Below are positions 17,408-24,160 of a stretch of DNA of 32,000 nucleotides, piece by piece; positions within the stretch are counted from its first letter, which is position 1; the number at the start of each line of letters is the position of its first letter. The notes beneath the pieces are model-generated. The model ran no database searches, was not told where the DNA came from, and worked only from the letters and a program-made list of their open reading frames with translations. A program made the position numbers and the translations under genes. Source of the DNA: Longivirga aurantiaca. Its GTDB lineage: Bacteria; Actinomycetota; Actinomycetes; S36-B12; CAIYMF01. Location: positions 300,001-332,000 of the forward strand of contig NZ_JBHSTI010000008.1 of NCBI RefSeq assembly GCF_042660085.1. Direction: 5' to 3'.

Positions 17408-18667
17408 GTGCCAGCGGACCTGTCCCCCTCGGGCGATCTCATCGCCGTGCTGCGCAGGGTCCGTGAGGCGGGGCATACGACCCGTGCCGACCTGGGTCGG
17501 GATCTGGGCCTCCGTCGCGGGGTCGTGACCCAGCGGGTCTCGGCTCTGCTGGACCTCGGGCTCGTCGACGAGGCGGTGACCCGTCGTTCCTCGGGCGGCC
17601 GCGCCCCCCGAGAGCTGGCCTTCCGGCGGGACGCAGGGTTCGTGCTGGTGGCCGACCTCGGCGCGACCACCTTGGTAGCCGGGGTAGCCGACCTGTCCGG
17701 AGCGCTGGTCGCGACTCGCGAGAGCCCAGCCGATGTCACCGATGGCCCGGAACGCGTCCTGGAGCAGCTCGAGTCGACCTGGGTGGACCTGGTCCAGGAG
17801 TCGGGAGTCGGACGGGAACGGATCTGGGGCGCGGGGATCGGGGTCCCCGGGCCCGTCGAGTTCGCGACCGGTCGGCCGATCTCGCCGCCGATCATGCCGG
17901 GATGGGACTCCTACCCGGTGCGCGAGCGGCTGGCGACCGCCTTCGACGTACCCGTGTGGGTCGACAACGAGGTGAACCTGGAAGCCCTCGGCGAGTCCCG
18001 GATCGGCCTGGGGCGCGGAGTCGCCGAGATGATCTTCGTGAAGATGAGCGTCGGGATCGGTTCCGGCGTGATCTCGCGGTCCGTGCTGCATCGTGGCGCG
18101 AACGGGGCGGCTGGCGACATCGGCCACATCGCGGTCGTCCAGGACGAAACCGCCACCTGTCGATGCGGGAACACCGGATGCCTCGAGGCCGTAGCCGGCG
18201 GGCTCTCGCTGGTGCGAACCGCGACCGAGCGGGCCGCGCTCGAGAGGTCGAGCGTCCTGGGGCGCATGGTCGATGAGGGCCAGTCTCTGGCTGTCGACGA
18301 CATCACCTCGGCCGCCGGGAGCGGTGACGCCGTCGCTGTCGACCTGCTGACGCATTCGGGCCGCCTGGTCGGGGACACCCTCTCGACGCTGGTCAACTTC
18401 TACAACCCGGGGCTGCTGGTGCTCGGGGGACGCCTCGTGCAGGGCAACGACGTGGTGCTCTCGACGGTGCGCGAGACGGTCTACGGGCGATCACTTCCGC
18501 TCGCCACGCGAAACCTCGTCATCGCCCGCAGCGAGCTCGGGCCGCTGGGCGGTCTCGTCGGAGCAGCCGTGATGGTGGTCGACGAGCTCTTCTCGCGCAC
18601 CCGCTTCCCGCTCTGGTCCCCTCAGAAGTCCCCTCATGGACATCCCGAGATTGCGAATCCCCGATGA
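17408..18667 (+). CDS. ROK-family transcriptional regulator (N-terminal wHTH plus ROK sugar-binding/kinase-like domain)
   Basis: 419-aa ORF. The wHTH region reads LIAVLRRVREAGHTTRADLGRDLGLRRGVVTQRVSALLDLGLV. The ROK glycine-rich and zinc motif reads GAAGDIGHIAVVQDETATCRCGNTGCLEAVAGG. Confidence 0.85.
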   Translation: MPADLSPSGDLIAVLRRVREAGHTTRADLGRDLGLRRGVVTQRVSALLDLGLVDEAVTRRSSGGRAPRELAFRRDAGFVLVADLGATTLVAGVADLSGALVATRESPADVTDGPERVLEQLESTWVDLVQESGVGRERIWGAGIGVPGPVEFATGRPISPPIMPGWDSYPVRERLATAFDVPVWVDNEVNLEALGESRIGLGRGVAEMIFVKMSVGIGSGVISRSVLHRGANGAAGDIGHIAVVQDETATCRCGNTGCLEAVAGGLSLVRTATERAALERSSVLGRMVDEGQSLAVDDITSAAGSGDAVAVDLLTHSGRLVGDTLSTLVNFYNPGLLVLGGRLVQGNDVVLSTVRETVYGRSLPLATRNLVIARSELGPLGGLVGAAVMVVDELFSRTRFPLWSPQKSPHGHPEIANPR

Positions 18668-18951
18668 GTCTCTTCACGGTCGCCCACTTCCACTGCCTCG
18701 CCGGACGCGGGCCGGAAGTCGAGGCCTTCCTCGCGCCGCTCGTCGAGCCGACCACGTCGGAGGACGGCTGCGTCTACTACCGCTACTTCCGCGACACGAG
18801 CGATCCGGACCACTTCGTGTTCTGGGAGCAGTGGCGGGACGACGACGCACTCGACACGCATATCGGAACGGCTCGGGTGCAGTCGATGCTCGTCTCGGTC
18901 CAGCCCTTGCTGGCCGCCCCGGTCGCCGCCTATCGGCTCAGCCTTCGGTGA
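18664..18951 (+). CDS. ABM-domain (antibiotic-biosynthesis-monooxygenase-like) small protein
   Basis: 95-aa ORF with ATGA coupling to the ROK stop. The pattern is typical of the ferredoxin-like ABM fold (FTVAHFH...EVEAFL...E.GC..Y..F.D..DP..FVFWE.W.D..AL..H). Confidence 0.75.
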   Translation: MSLFTVAHFHCLAGRGPEVEAFLAPLVEPTTSEDGCVYYRYFRDTSDPDHFVFWEQWRDDDALDTHIGTARVQSMLVSVQPLLAAPVAAYRLSLR

Positions 18952-20305
18952 CTCTCGGCTCACGGCCCTCGGTGGGCAGCACCGGGGGGACGCGGTTCTC
19001 CCCAGCCCATGCAGCGAAGTAGGCGGGTCGGAAGATCTCGTCGAGTGCGAGGGCCGTAGCCCCGTGCAGCGCCGCCCGCTCCCCGAGCGCCACCTTGGCG
19101 ATGACGAGTTCCCGCGTCGCGAGGGGGAGGGAGCGGGAGTAGACGATGTTCCGGACGGTCGCCAGGTAGGCGTCCCCGGCGAGCATCAGACGCCCGCCGA
19201 GAAGGATCAAGGACGGGTTGAAGAAGTTCACGATCCTGGCCAGCGTGTCGCCCACCAGTCGCGCCGACTCGGTCATCAGCACGACGCTCGCCCGGTCGCC
19301 GCTCACTGCGCCGGCAACGACATCGGCGGCGGCGAGTGGGCGGAGCTCGGCCCGCTCGGCAAGGAAGGGGCTCTCGCCACGCGCAGCCAGCTCAGCGCCA
19401 CGCCGCGCCAGAGCCCACCCGCTCGCCAACGCCTCGAGGCACCCGGTGTTGCCGCAGCGACACTGGATAGTGGGATCGTCGCTCACCTTGACGTGGCCGA
19501 TGTCGCCCGCAGAACCCTGCGCCCCACGATGGAGCACGCCGTTGGAGACGAGCCCGGCACCGATCCCTGTGCTGATCTTGACCACCACGATGTCGCTGTG
19601 ATCGACGGCCGCCCCAGCACGGAGCTCGCCGAGAGCCATGACGTTGACGTCGTTGTCGATCCAGACGGGCACGTTGTAGCGGTCCTGCATCACGCCGCGG
19701 ATGTCGAACTCGTTCCAGCCCGGCATGATCGGCGGGCTGACTGCCCGGCCTGTCGCGAACTCGACTGGACCGGGGATGCTGATGCCGATCCCCCACAGAT
19801 GGACGTCGAAGATCTGGCGGTTGTGGAGGATCTTGTCGAACTCCGCGATGACGGTCTTGAGCGTCTCCTCGGGGCCGGTGCTGATGTCGTTCGGCAGGTA
19901 GACCCGCTCGAGGATGCCGCCCGCAAGGTCGGCCAGGCCGACGAACATGCCCTGTGCGCCGATGTCCGCGGCGAGTACGAAGCCGCGCAGCTTGTTGAAC
20001 TGGAGGCCGCGCGGTGAACGCCCGCGAGGGACGGCCAGCACGTCGCCTTCGACGATGAGATCCAGCTCGATCAGCTGCTCCAGGCGCTGGGTGATCACAG
20101 CCCGCCCGAGCTCGCTGCTCCTCACCAGATCCGGCCTGGTCACGGCGGATCCGGAGCGCACGAGGTTCAGCACCTGCAGCAGGGTCTGTGCCTGCTCTTC
20201 CGCTACCACGCCGCCACGATAGCCGGATCCTCGCAGCGCTTGTTCATGCTCGGGGTCGCTCGCCATCCGGTTCGGATGGTGCGGGCGGAGGTCTGCGATC
20301 GCCAA
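18938..20305 (-). CDS. ROK-family transcriptional regulator, paralogue of 17408..18667
   Basis: 455-aa ORF. wHTH: LLQVLNLVRSGSAVTRPDLVRSSELGRAVITQRLEQLIELDLI. Zinc motif: GSAGDIGHVKVSDDPTIQCRCGNTGCLEALASG. Long blocks are shared with the other ROK (PGPVEFATGR..SPPIMPGW, VPVW.DN.VN..ALGE). The start is uncertain: ATG 20305, ATG 20266, or the GTG at VVAEEQ. Confidence 0.85.
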   Translation of the reverse strand: MAIADLRPHHPNRMASDPEHEQALRGSGYRGGVVAEEQAQTLLQVLNLVRSGSAVTRPDLVRSSELGRAVITQRLEQLIELDLIVEGDVLAVPRGRSPRGLQFNKLRGFVLAADIGAQGMFVGLADLAGGILERVYLPNDISTGPEETLKTVIAEFDKILHNRQIFDVHLWGIGISIPGPVEFATGRAVSPPIMPGWNEFDIRGVMQDRYNVPVWIDNDVNVMALGELRAGAAVDHSDIVVVKISTGIGAGLVSNGVLHRGAQGSAGDIGHVKVSDDPTIQCRCGNTGCLEALASGWALARRGAELAARGESPFLAERAELRPLAAADVVAGAVSGDRASVVLMTESARLVGDTLARIVNFFNPSLILLGGRLMLAGDAYLATVRNIVYSRSLPLATRELVIAKVALGERAALHGATALALDEIFRPAYFAAWAGENRVPPVLPTEGREPRVTEG

Positions 20306-20804
20306 CCAGACGAGAAGACCGCAGCCGATGGCTGGATCCGTCCCCTGACGAATCCCGACGTGGCCATGGTTGCGGACCGATGTCGACCGTGGCGCCGCTA
20401 CTGCCGACTCTGCCCTCGCTCATGACCAGCCCAGGTTGAGTTGAGTGGGAGTAGCGGGCGCCCCGCGTCGTGACGTCCGTACGGTCGCGTGCGGACCTGA
20501 ACGACGTGGCTCTGCCGCTGTACCGGAGGTCGTAGGGCAACACGTCCGTGCGGACGGCCTGCTCGGCTGTCCACGAACCCGAGGGGCCGGACCGCGCGTC
20601 ACCGCTCACCCTGATGCGGCGAGCGTTCCGCCTGGAGCGCGAGCCCGGCCCCGGCATCTCGACGGAGCGGGACGGACTGATCGACGAGGACGGCTCGACC
20701 GGTGCGGGCGTCCGGGCTCCGCTCCCACCCACGAGGCCTCGCAGCATCCGAAGGCCGAGTCCGACGACCCACGCGACGACCCGATCGAGCCTCTCGTTCA
20801 TCAC
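20244..20804 (-). CDS. Hypothetical R/S/P-rich protein or gene remnant (very uncertain)
   Basis: Strong third-position GC periodicity from about 20800 down to about 20400 begins exactly at this ORF's ATG. However, GC1 and GC2 are both about 67% by my hand count of 87 codons. The product has no recognisable motif, and the 3' third loses the periodicity and overlaps the ROK 5' end. The plus-strand frame 20548..20973 shares the same third positions and cannot be excluded. Confidence 0.2.
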   Translation of the reverse strand: MMNERLDRVVAWVVGLGLRMLRGLVGGSGARTPAPVEPSSSISPSRSVEMPGPGSRSRRNARRIRVSGDARSGPSGSWTAEQAVRTDVLPYDLRYSGRATSFRSARDRTDVTTRGARYSHSTQPGLVMSEGRVGSSGATVDIGPQPWPRRDSSGDGSSHRLRSSRLVGDRRPPPAPSEPDGERPRA

Positions 20805-20941
20805 GCTGCGTCCATCAGCCTCTGCGTCGGCTCAACGCTGCGTAGCCGCACCATTGCGAATCGCTCCTGAATGGTCCGTGTGGGTGGTGGCCGAGGGCGA
20901 CATCGTCGGCCGTACCTGTTTCGCTTCAGCCTCCAGCAGCG

Positions 20942-22420
20942 ATGAGCGAGGGGGACGGCGTGGCGGTCGGTGACGGCACGGCAGCGGCGGCGCTGCTGCG
21001 CGCGATGGTCCGCGACGTGCCCACGGCGGTGCTCGTGACCGACCTCGAGGGCAAGGTCCTGCTCGCCAACCGCTCGGCCCGCCGGCTGATCGGCAGGCCC
21101 GGCCACGTGAGCCTCGTCGAAGGTGTGCACGCCGACGACGCCCACCGACTCCGCGCCTACATCGCCATGCTCGCCGGCGACGCCACGCACCGCTCGGTCC
21201 ACCTCGCCGAGCTCCAGGTGCGCTGGGGCGACGTCGAGCGCGTGGTCGCCGTCGACGGCCGCCGCATCAAGGGGCTTCCGGGCTTCCGCGGCCTGGTGTT
21301 CTCGTTGCAGGACGTCTCGCAGTACGTCGAGGAGCTGCAGTCGCTGAGGCGGTCGGCGTACGTCGACGCGCTCACCGGGCTCCCGAACCGCGCCGCGATG
21401 TGGAACGCGATCCAGCAGGCCTTCCGCACCCGCCAGAACGGCTCGGTGCTCATGGTCGACCTCGACGACTTCAAGGGCATCAACGACCGGTTCGGCCACG
21501 CGGCCGGCGACCAGGTGCTCACCACGGTCGCCGGGCGTCTGCGGCGCGCGGTCCACGAGATCGGCACGGTGGCCCGGTTCGGCGGCGACGAGTTCGTGAT
21601 CCTGCTGCCCGCCGGCGGCGAGGACGACGCACGTCGCGTGATGAACCTGGTCGTGCACGAGGTCGGTCGCCCGATCCCGGTGGGCCTCGACGACCTGGTC
21701 GTCGGGGTCAGCGTCGGCGGCGCCGTGCTCGGCGGTCGTCATCCCGACGACGCGCTGCGCCGTGCCGACGAGGCCCTCTATCGCGCGAAGTCCTCCGGCC
21801 GCGGCCAGACCTGCCTGTGGTCCGACGACGACGAGGAGTGGCGGGTGCGGCGCGCGGACGTGCGCCATGAGCTCGACCGGCTGCGCAAGGCGCTCGAGGC
21901 CGAGCGGCAGAAGGCGCGTACCGACGTCGGCACCGGGCTGCCCAACACCCGCCGTCTGCTCGAGGACCTCCGAGCCCTCTGCGACCCGGCGCGGCCGCAG
22001 CCCGTCGGGCTCGTCTTCATCGACCTCGACCACTTCGGCGCGGTGAACAAGACCCACGGCGACACCGCGGGCGACGACGTCCTGCGCCAGGTCGCGGACG
22101 TGTTCCGCGGCGCGTGCCGAGGCATGGACACCGTGTACCGCAAGGGCGGCGAGGAGTTCGTGGTCGTGCTCCCCGGGGCCGACCACGACCAGGCCGTGCG
22201 GGTGGGGGAGCGGTTCCGCCGTCGCCTCGTCGAGAACGGCATCACGCACGGCGGCCTCGAGGACATGCCCTTCGTGACGCTCTCCGCCGGCGTCGCCACG
22301 GCTGAGCTCGTCGACGACGGGTCGGTCGACGAGCTCATGCGCATCGCTGCGATGCGGATGCTCACGGCCAAGCAGTCGGGCCGCAACCGTGTCGTGAGCG
22401 AGGGCGGCGCCTCGACCTGA
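20942..22420 (+). CDS. PAS-GGDEF-GGEEF protein (tandem diguanylate cyclase domains)
   Basis: 492-aa ORF with an N-terminal PAS-like segment (AVLVTDLEGKVLLANRSARRLIG...). Domain 1 has DALTGLPNR, MVDLDDFKGINDRFGHAAGD, GGDEF (21581-21595) and RADEALYRAKSSGRG. A coiled-coil-like linker follows. Domain 2 has GTGLPNTR, FIDLDHFGAVNKTHGDTAGD, GGEEF (22145-22159), an RxxD I-site (RGMD, 22118-22129) five residues upstream, and LTAKQSGRNR. Confidence 0.9.
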   Translation: MSEGDGVAVGDGTAAAALLRAMVRDVPTAVLVTDLEGKVLLANRSARRLIGRPGHVSLVEGVHADDAHRLRAYIAMLAGDATHRSVHLAELQVRWGDVERVVAVDGRRIKGLPGFRGLVFSLQDVSQYVEELQSLRRSAYVDALTGLPNRAAMWNAIQQAFRTRQNGSVLMVDLDDFKGINDRFGHAAGDQVLTTVAGRLRRAVHEIGTVARFGGDEFVILLPAGGEDDARRVMNLVVHEVGRPIPVGLDDLVVGVSVGGAVLGGRHPDDALRRADEALYRAKSSGRGQTCLWSDDDEEWRVRRADVRHELDRLRKALEAERQKARTDVGTGLPNTRRLLEDLRALCDPARPQPVGLVFIDLDHFGAVNKTHGDTAGDDVLRQVADVFRGACRGMDTVYRKGGEEFVVVLPGADHDQAVRVGERFRRRLVENGITHGGLEDMPFVTLSAGVATAELVDDGSVDELMRIAAMRMLTAKQSGRNRVVSEGGAST

Positions 22421-22486
22421 CCGGTCCGGGCCCGACCCCGACGCGGTGCCCCCGGCCCGTTGACATCGCGCGTCGCGTACGAGAGT

Positions 22487-22502
22487 GTGGGAGCGCTCCC
22501 AC
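22487..22502. promoter_or_regulatory. CebR-type LacI-family operator (perfect palindrome)
   Basis: gTGGGAGCGCTCCCAc is a perfect 16-bp palindrome. Its 14-bp core (22488-22501) is identical to the published Streptomyces CebR box TGGGAGCGCTCCCA. It lies 208 nt upstream of the GH1 start and 22 nt downstream of a TTGACA hexamer (22460-22465). Confidence 0.8.
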
Positions 22503-22568
22503 GCGGGGCAGGGACGGCACTCTCGGGCTGAGGGGGCTCCGTCTCCGCACCGCGCGGGATGCGTGCGG

Positions 22569-22605
22569 GTGGCCGGTCGGGGACGAGGGAGCCCCGACCG
22601 GCCAC
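22569..22605 (+). promoter_or_regulatory. Very stable hairpin in the beta-glucosidase 5' leader
   Basis: Perfect 14-bp GC-rich stem GTGGCCGGTCGGGG (22569-22582) / CCCCGACCGGCCAC (22592-22605) with a 9-nt loop. It sits between the CebR box and the RBS GAGGAGG (22694-22700), and no U-tract follows. It could be a leader structure, or a terminator for the upstream GGDEF gene. Confidence 0.35.
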
Positions 22606-22709
22606 CACACACGCTCCGGAGCGGGCACGATGGGCAGCCGGCGGCTCCCGCGAGCGCCCGCCCACCACCCAGTCACGCGGCTCCGCGCGCCGCGAGGAGG
22701 CAGTCGACC

Positions 22710-24086
22710 GTGAGCACCCGTCAGTTCCCCGAGGGCTTCGTCTGGGGCGCCGCCACGGCGTCCTTCCAGATCGAGGGCGCCAGCACCGAGGACGGCCGCG
22801 GCCCGTCGATCTGGGACACCCTCTGCGCGAAGCCGGGCGCGATCCTCGACGGCTCCGACGGCACGGTGGCGTGCGACCACTACCACCGCTGGGAGTCCGA
22901 CCTCGACCTGCTGCGCGACCTCGGGCTCTCGGCGTACCGCTTCTCGATCGCGTGGCCGCGCATCAAGCCCCAGGGCAACGGCACGGTCGAGGAGCGAGGG
23001 CTCGCGTTCTACGACCGCCTCGTCGACGGCATGCTGGAGCGCGGCATCGAGCCGAACGCGACGCTGTACCACTGGGACCTGCCGCAGGCGCTCGAGGACA
23101 AGGGCGGCTGGACCAACCGCGACACGGCGTACCGCTTCGCGGAGTACGCAGCCGTCGTCCAGCACCGCCTCGGCGACCGCGTGAAGAAGTGGGCCACCCT
23201 CAACGAGCCGTGGTGCTCGGCCTTCCTCGGCTACGCCTCGGGCGAGCACGCACCCGGCCTCACCGACCCGGCCAAGGCGGTGACCGCGGCGCACCACCTG
23301 CTGCTGGCCCACGGCCTCGCCGCCCAGGCGCTGCACGGGGGGCGCCGTCCCGCGGAGGTCGGCATCGTCCCGAACCTCTACCGCGTGCGGCCGGCCTCCG
23401 GGTCGGCAGCCGACCTCGACGCGGCCCGGCGCATCGACGGCCAGCAGAACCGCTGGTACCTCGACGCGCTGTTCACGGGCGAGTACCCCGCCGACATCGT
23501 CGAGGACTACGCGCGCTTCACGGACATGTCCTTCGTGCAGGACGGCGACCTCGAGACGATCGCGACCCGCATCGACTGGCTCGGCGTGAACTACTACAGC
23601 TCGTTCGTCGTCCGCGGCCTCGACGCCCCGGCGCCGCGGGCCGAGGGGGCCCGCCCGACCCCGTGGATCGGCACCGAGGACGTCGAGATCGTGCCCAACG
23701 GCCGTCCCGTGACGGCGATGGGCTGGGACATCGAGCCCGCCGGCCTCACCGACACCCTCGTGCGGCTCTCGACGGAGTACACGCCGCTGCCGCTGTTCAT
23801 CACCGAGAACGGCTCGGCGTGGGAGGACGTCGTCGTCGACGGCCAGGTGCACGACCCCGAGCGCATCGACTACCTCGAGCAGCACCTGGCGGCGGCGCAC
23901 GACGCCCTCGGCGCCGGCGTGAACCTGCGCGGCTACTACGCCTGGTCGCTCATGGACAACTTCGAGTGGGCCTGGGGCTACGAGAAGCGCTTCGGCATCG
24001 TGCGCGTCGACTACGACACCCAGGAGCGCACCCCCAAGGACAGCGCGAGGCGCTACGCCGAGATCGTCCGCAGCAACAGCGTCTAG
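22710..24086 (+). CDS. GH1 beta-glucosidase
   Basis: GTG 22710 has GAGGAGG 9 nt upstream; the ORF-track N-terminal extension is R/P/A-rich noise. The N-terminus FPEGFVWGAATASFQIEGA is canonical for GH1. The acid/base residue is in TLNEPW and the nucleophile in ITENG. Confidence 0.92.
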   Translation: MSTRQFPEGFVWGAATASFQIEGASTEDGRGPSIWDTLCAKPGAILDGSDGTVACDHYHRWESDLDLLRDLGLSAYRFSIAWPRIKPQGNGTVEERGLAFYDRLVDGMLERGIEPNATLYHWDLPQALEDKGGWTNRDTAYRFAEYAAVVQHRLGDRVKKWATLNEPWCSAFLGYASGEHAPGLTDPAKAVTAAHHLLLAHGLAAQALHGGRRPAEVGIVPNLYRVRPASGSAADLDAARRIDGQQNRWYLDALFTGEYPADIVEDYARFTDMSFVQDGDLETIATRIDWLGVNYYSSFVVRGLDAPAPRAEGARPTPWIGTEDVEIVPNGRPVTAMGWDIEPAGLTDTLVRLSTEYTPLPLFITENGSAWEDVVVDGQVHDPERIDYLEQHLAAAHDALGAGVNLRGYYAWSLMDNFEWAWGYEKRFGIVRVDYDTQERTPKDSARRYAEIVRSNSV

Positions 24087-24092
24087 CCGATC

Positions 24093-24154
24093 CGAGTTAC
24101 TGCCCAAATCGTCGCTGAGCGGCCTCCTTCAGCGTGCAATTGGGCAGTAACTCG
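24093..24154. terminator. Hairpin between convergent beta-glucosidase and LacI genes (putative bidirectional terminator)
   Basis: Perfect 15-bp arms CGAGTTACTGCCCAA (24093-24107) / TTGGGCAGTAACTCG (24140-24154) are separated by 32 nt. The arms are noticeably less GC-rich than the surroundings. Confidence 0.45.
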
Positions 24155-24160
24155 CGGACC

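Noticed and set aside
20306-20941. c-di-GMP riboswitch or other known riboswitch upstream of the GGDEF gene
   Set aside because: I could not recognise GEMM-type conserved loops or any other riboswitch core. The region shows codon periodicity rather than RNA-like structure.
22460-22489. TTGACA (22460-22465) as the -35 of the beta-glucosidase promoter
   Set aside because: No TANNNT-type -10 lies at 16-19 nt spacing; only GAGAGT/GAGTGT-like hexamers are there. I mention it as context for the operator but do not call it a promoter.
20801-24107. 603-aa (20801..22612) and 581-aa (22362..24107) minus-strand ORFs
   Set aside because: They are antisense shadows of the GGDEF and GH1 genes. Composition is R/A/G/P-dominated and no family motifs are present.
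24093-24154. The 15-bp inverted repeat as a LacI/CebR operator
   Set aside because: LacI-family operators are contiguous palindromes of about 14-20 bp. These arms are 32 nt apart, lie at the 3' ends of both genes, and are unrelated to the CebR box sequence.
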